Source: a virus
Taxonomy: Duplodnaviria; Heunggongvirae; Uroviricota; Caudoviricetes
Virus record (IMG/VR): IMGVR_UViG_3300021256_000075
Span: 64,001 to 100,263 of that record
Direction: 5' to 3' (one strand)
DNA length: 36,263 bases
Shown here piece after piece: positions 33,260-36,263 of the stretch. How positions within the stretch are numbered: the stretch's first letter is position 1; each line of letters opens with the position of its first letter. The notes below the pieces were generated by a model. It had not been told where the DNA came from and made no database searches. It was given only the letters and a program-made list of their open reading frames with translations. Made by a program: the position numbers and the translations under genes.

Positions 33260-33532
33260 ATGCCTGCACCAAAACTTTTTTTGACCAGCGCCGATATATC
33301 CGGCATCACAGGAATGAGCAAACGCTCGGCGCAGTATGTCCTTAACGCGCTCGACCGGAAGGGGATGACCGTCCACTACCAGCACGGAACGCGCAGCAAG
33401 CTGGTGGATGTAGATCTGTTTACGGCGTACCTCTGTGAGCAGGACGGACAGGATCCGGCGGTCCGGAAAAAAGGCATCATGGAGTATCTGAGAGAGGCCG
33501 GAAGCCGCCATACACGGAAAGAAATCAGCTGA
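33260..33532 (+). CDS. HTH protein, possible excisionase/directionality factor
   Basis: FLTSADISGITGMSKRSAQYVL (MerR/Xis-like winged HTH) in the early operon. Confidence 0.6.
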   Translation: MPAPKLFLTSADISGITGMSKRSAQYVLNALDRKGMTVHYQHGTRSKLVDVDLFTAYLCEQDGQDPAVRKKGIMEYLREAGSRHTRKEIS

Positions 33533-33565
33533 CTTCTTTTAATTTGCAGAAAATTCTCGTAATTT

Positions 33566-33616
33566 AAAATTTTTTTATAAAAACCAGTTGACAATTATCC
33601 TATAATGGTGTATCAT
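33566..33616 (+). promoter_or_regulatory. sigmaA promoter, twin copy 2
   Basis: TTGACA-17-TATCAT with ATTAT-N3-ATAAT in the spacer; near-identical to 22405-22454. Confidence 0.8.
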
Positions 33617-33670
33617 GTACCCATCAAGCAACGGAACACCAACCACGACAGATTTTTGAGGAGGTACACG

Positions 33671-33961
33671 ATGATGATGAATAAAAATGAATGGCTCGAC
33701 AGCCTGACCGATGAGAACTACGAGATCTACGATGATCTCAGATACCAGCTCAAGGATATTGAGGCTGAGATCGCTGAGAAAAATGAATTTCTCAGCAATC
33801 CGCTCGACTTCCTCAATGACGAGGACTGGGATACTCAGAGCGACATCAACCGTTACACCGATGCGGTTGAAGAAGAGATTTCCCACCTTGAAGATGAGGC
33901 GGATGAGATCTATCAAAAACTGCTCGACTTCGAGGCCGCCAACGGCTTCGAAGCGGCATAA
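33671..33961 (+). CDS. Very acidic small protein, candidate DNA mimic
   Basis: By manual count about 30 D/E and 6 K/R in 96 aa; GAGGAGG RBS; first gene after the twin promoter. Confidence 0.7.
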   Translation: MMMNKNEWLDSLTDENYEIYDDLRYQLKDIEAEIAEKNEFLSNPLDFLNDEDWDTQSDINRYTDAVEEEISHLEDEADEIYQKLLDFEAANGFEAA

Positions 33962-33974
33962 GAGGAGGGATACA

Positions 33975-34586
33975 ATGGAGCAGGTAAAGCTCCCACAGGC
34001 AGAGATTGATTTTGAAGAATCCGCCCATTTGTACACGATCAATGGGCGAATCCTTCCATCCGTGACCCAGATCATGTCACCGCTGTCAGCGATGATTTAC
34101 GGGAATGTCCCGTCACCGACACTGGCCGAAGCGGCCGACAGGGGAAGCCGGGTTCACGAACAGGTGGAACATATAGTCAAATACGGGATAGAAGAAACGG
34201 ACCCTGATACGGACGGGTATGTACAGGCGTTCAAGACGTTCTCGGCAGCTTACAGCCCGACATGGGCGGCATCCGAGTACAGGACCTATCACAAGATCCT
34301 CCTGTACGCCGGAACGCTGGATCTTATCGGGCATGTCACTCCGGATGACGGGACCGGCTTTGATGTGGTGGATCTGAAGACCACGTCCAAGCTATACAAG
34401 ATGATGCTGTCCACGCAGCTCGGTGCGTATGCGGAGGCCCTGAAATCCCATGGTCTGAAGGTCCGCAATGTTTACGGGCTGCAGCTGAAGCGGGACGGCA
34501 ATTATGTGCTGGAACATCTGGAACCGGATTACAAGCTGTTCCTTCACTGCATGGCGGTCTATAACGCTGCCAAGTATGATGGGTAA
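33975..34586 (+). CDS. PD-(D/E)XK exonuclease (Cas4/exonuclease VIII-like phage nuclease)
   Basis: HLY..NG..LPSVT, RGSRVH, YAGTLD, VDLKT, QLGAY. Confidence 0.85.
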   Translation: MEQVKLPQAEIDFEESAHLYTINGRILPSVTQIMSPLSAMIYGNVPSPTLAEAADRGSRVHEQVEHIVKYGIEETDPDTDGYVQAFKTFSAAYSPTWAASEYRTYHKILLYAGTLDLIGHVTPDDGTGFDVVDLKTTSKLYKMMLSTQLGAYAEALKSHGLKVRNVYGLQLKRDGNYVLEHLEPDYKLFLHCMAVYNAAKYDG

Positions 34587-34596
34587 GGAGAAAAAA

Positions 34597-35262
34597 ATGA
34601 CAGAACAGGAAAAGAGACTTGAAGAAAATGGCCAGCTGATGGTCAGACAGGCGGAAGAGCTGACTGTCCAGACAGATGAGGATTATGCCAGCGCAGGAAA
34701 GGTGCTGGTTGAGATCAAGACCCGAATCAAGCAGGTCCAAGACTACTGGAGCCCGCTGAAGAAGAACGCCTCGGAAGCGCACAAGGCGCTCTGCAACCGG
34801 GAAAAGGAGATGCTCCAGCCGCTGAAGAATGCGGAGACTGTCATCAAGAAGACGATGCTGGCCTATACGACAGAGGTCGAAAGGAAGCGGAGAGCCGAAG
34901 AGGAGGAGATCCGGCGGCGGCAGCAGGAAGAAGCGGAGCGGCTTCTGGCGGATGCGGTCCAGGCACAGGAAAGCGGCGATGAGATGTCCGCCCAGATGAA
35001 TCTCGCCATGGCCCAGATGGTTAACGAGATGACCCCGATGGATGTATCCTCCCCGGCACCAAAGGCATCCGGAACGTCCATCAAGAAGGTGTGGAAGGCA
35101 CGGGTGACAAATCCGACCGAAGTTCCCGCATACATCAACGGCATGGAAATCCGGCAGATCGACATAGCTGCCCTGAACCGGATCGCAAAGATGTCAGGCG
35201 GAAAGATGACGATTCCGGGCGTGGAATTTTATGAGGATTCCGTGATGACGGTAAGGACCTGA
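34597..35262 (+). CDS. Coiled-coil phage protein (Gp157/Gam-like position)
   Basis: Long coiled coil and C-terminal W.ARVTNP..VP...IPGVEFY. Confidence 0.7.
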   Translation: MTEQEKRLEENGQLMVRQAEELTVQTDEDYASAGKVLVEIKTRIKQVQDYWSPLKKNASEAHKALCNREKEMLQPLKNAETVIKKTMLAYTTEVERKRRAEEEEIRRRQQEEAERLLADAVQAQESGDEMSAQMNLAMAQMVNEMTPMDVSSPAPKASGTSIKKVWKARVTNPTEVPAYINGMEIRQIDIAALNRIAKMSGGKMTIPGVEFYEDSVMTVRT

Positions 35263-35401
35263 TTTTTTATTTACGCAGGATTCACGTAAACACGAAAAAA
35301 CGGGCCAAATTTACGTGATAATTTGTTGGTAGTGATTCTATCAACCAAAGTTTTAAAAACGCCACAGGGTGGCAAAGAATGATAATTTGGGGGTATCTGA
35401 T

Positions 35402-36263
35402 ATGTACGACGATTATGGCAACGATTACGGCGTGATGCCGACACCGGCACAGACGGTCCAGGAGCAGGGGTATCACCAGGGCGGCAACGCCCTCGCAGCA
35501 AACAGCGAAGCCCGGGTTGTAGCTGAAGTAAAGGCGCAGGTCCTGATGGCCCGGCAGTTTCCGCGTGATGTCATGTACGCACGGGACAGAATCCTGAGAG
35601 AGTGCCAGCGGCCCAGCCTCGCAGAAAAGGCGGTGTACAGCTTCGTACGTGGGAAGGACACGGTCAGCGGACCTTCCATCCGGCTGGCCGAAGTGCTGGC
35701 CAGAAACTGGGGCAACTGCACCTTCGGCTATGAAGTCCTCGACCGGAAGATCCCGCCTGAACCGGGTGCCGCCGGAACATCCATCCTCCGGGCGTATGCG
35801 TGGGATCTCGAAACGAACACATACATCTCAAGGCAGTTTGAGGTGAAGCACTGGCGGCAGACCAAATCAGGCGGATACGCCCTGAAAGAGGACAGGGACA
35901 TCTACGAGCTTGAATCCAACATGGCCTCCCGCCGGATGCGGGCATGCATCCTCCAGATGATCCCGGGAGATCTGACCAGTGATGCGGTCAAGGCATGCCG
36001 GATGACGGAATCCAGCGGACTGACAGAGCGCATGAAGGACAAGAATCAGCGGGAAGCCCTGATCAGCAAGACGGTTGCAATTTTTGAGAAGATGGGTGCA
36101 AGCCTTTCGGATCTCGAAGATCTGCTGCAGGCCAAGCGTGATGACTGGCAGGCCGACCAGATGCTCCGCCTCAAAGAGGTCATCAACGCCATCCGTGACA
36201 ACGTGACTCCGATCGGTGATTTCTTCCCGCGTCTCGCCTCACTTGAAAAGTCCAGCCTCGTCA
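35402..36263 (+). CDS. Phage protein, putative single-strand annealing/recombination protein, 3' truncated (not in ORF track)
   Basis: Frame open from ATG 35402 to the window end; ARQFPRD, VSGPSIRLAEVLARNWGN, AWDLETN motifs; follows an exonuclease. Confidence 0.7.
   Translation, partial: MYDDYGNDYGVMPTPAQTVQEQGYHQGGNALAANSEARVVAEVKAQVLMARQFPRDVMYARDRILRECQRPSLAEKAVYSFVRGKDTVSGPSIRLAEVLARNWGNCTFGYEVLDRKIPPEPGAAGTSILRAYAWDLETNTYISRQFEVKHWRQTKSGGYALKEDRDIYELESNMASRRMRACILQMIPGDLTSDAVKACRMTESSGLTERMKDKNQREALISKTVAIFEKMGASLSDLEDLLQAKRDDWQADQMLRLKEVINAIRDNVTPIGDFFPRLASLEKSSLV

Larger units (their letters stand above)
1..36263. mobile_element. Temperate phage (or phage-phage hybrid) DNA: lysogeny, recombination, replication and accessory regions
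   Basis: Two tyrosine integrases, divergent repressor/Cro switches, phage recombination and replication genes, dense co-oriented small ORFs; no host housekeeping operons apart from sufS-sufU. Confidence 0.9.

Noticed and set aside
1-36263. Diversity-generating retroelement, group II intron, IS element, or structural/lysis module
   Set aside because: No reverse transcriptase, transposase, template/variable repeat pair, terminase, capsid, tail, holin or endolysin motifs found in any frame

Overview
The whole window looks like temperate-phage DNA from a Bacillota host, probably Clostridia-like (inferred from GGAGG ribosome binding sites, sigmaA-type promoters, SufS/SufU type and ImmA/ImmR logic). 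Left to right: (1) a partial SNF2 helicase, a DUF3440/PAPS-reductase-family gene and a ParB-like gene (IbrA/IbrB- or YbdN/YbdM-like cluster); (2) an att site made of a tRNA 3' end (probably Leu) with repeats on both sides; (3) lysogeny module A (integrase, ImmA-like protease, repressor, Cro), then Gp157/Sak4-like/SSB recombination genes, a DnaD-type initiator with iterons, a DnaC-like loader, RusA and an ArpU-like regulator; (4) about 18 kb of co-oriented small accessory ORFs, many Cys-rich, including two dUTPases, an HNH nuclease, an orphan methyltransferase and an intact sufS-sufU pair; (5) a second att-like site, again with repeats on both sides; (6) lysogeny module B (integrase, Phd-like ORF, two tandem repressors, Cro-like HTHs) and a second, non-homologous recombination module that runs off the right edge. 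No terminase, capsid, tail or lysis genes lie between the two modules. The most notable points are two apparently unrecombined attP-like sites with two complete immunity modules on one molecule, a phage-borne SufS/SufU pair, and a very acidic candidate DNA-mimic protein. All family assignments come from motif recognition by eye, not database searches. A chimeric assembly cannot be excluded from this window alone.
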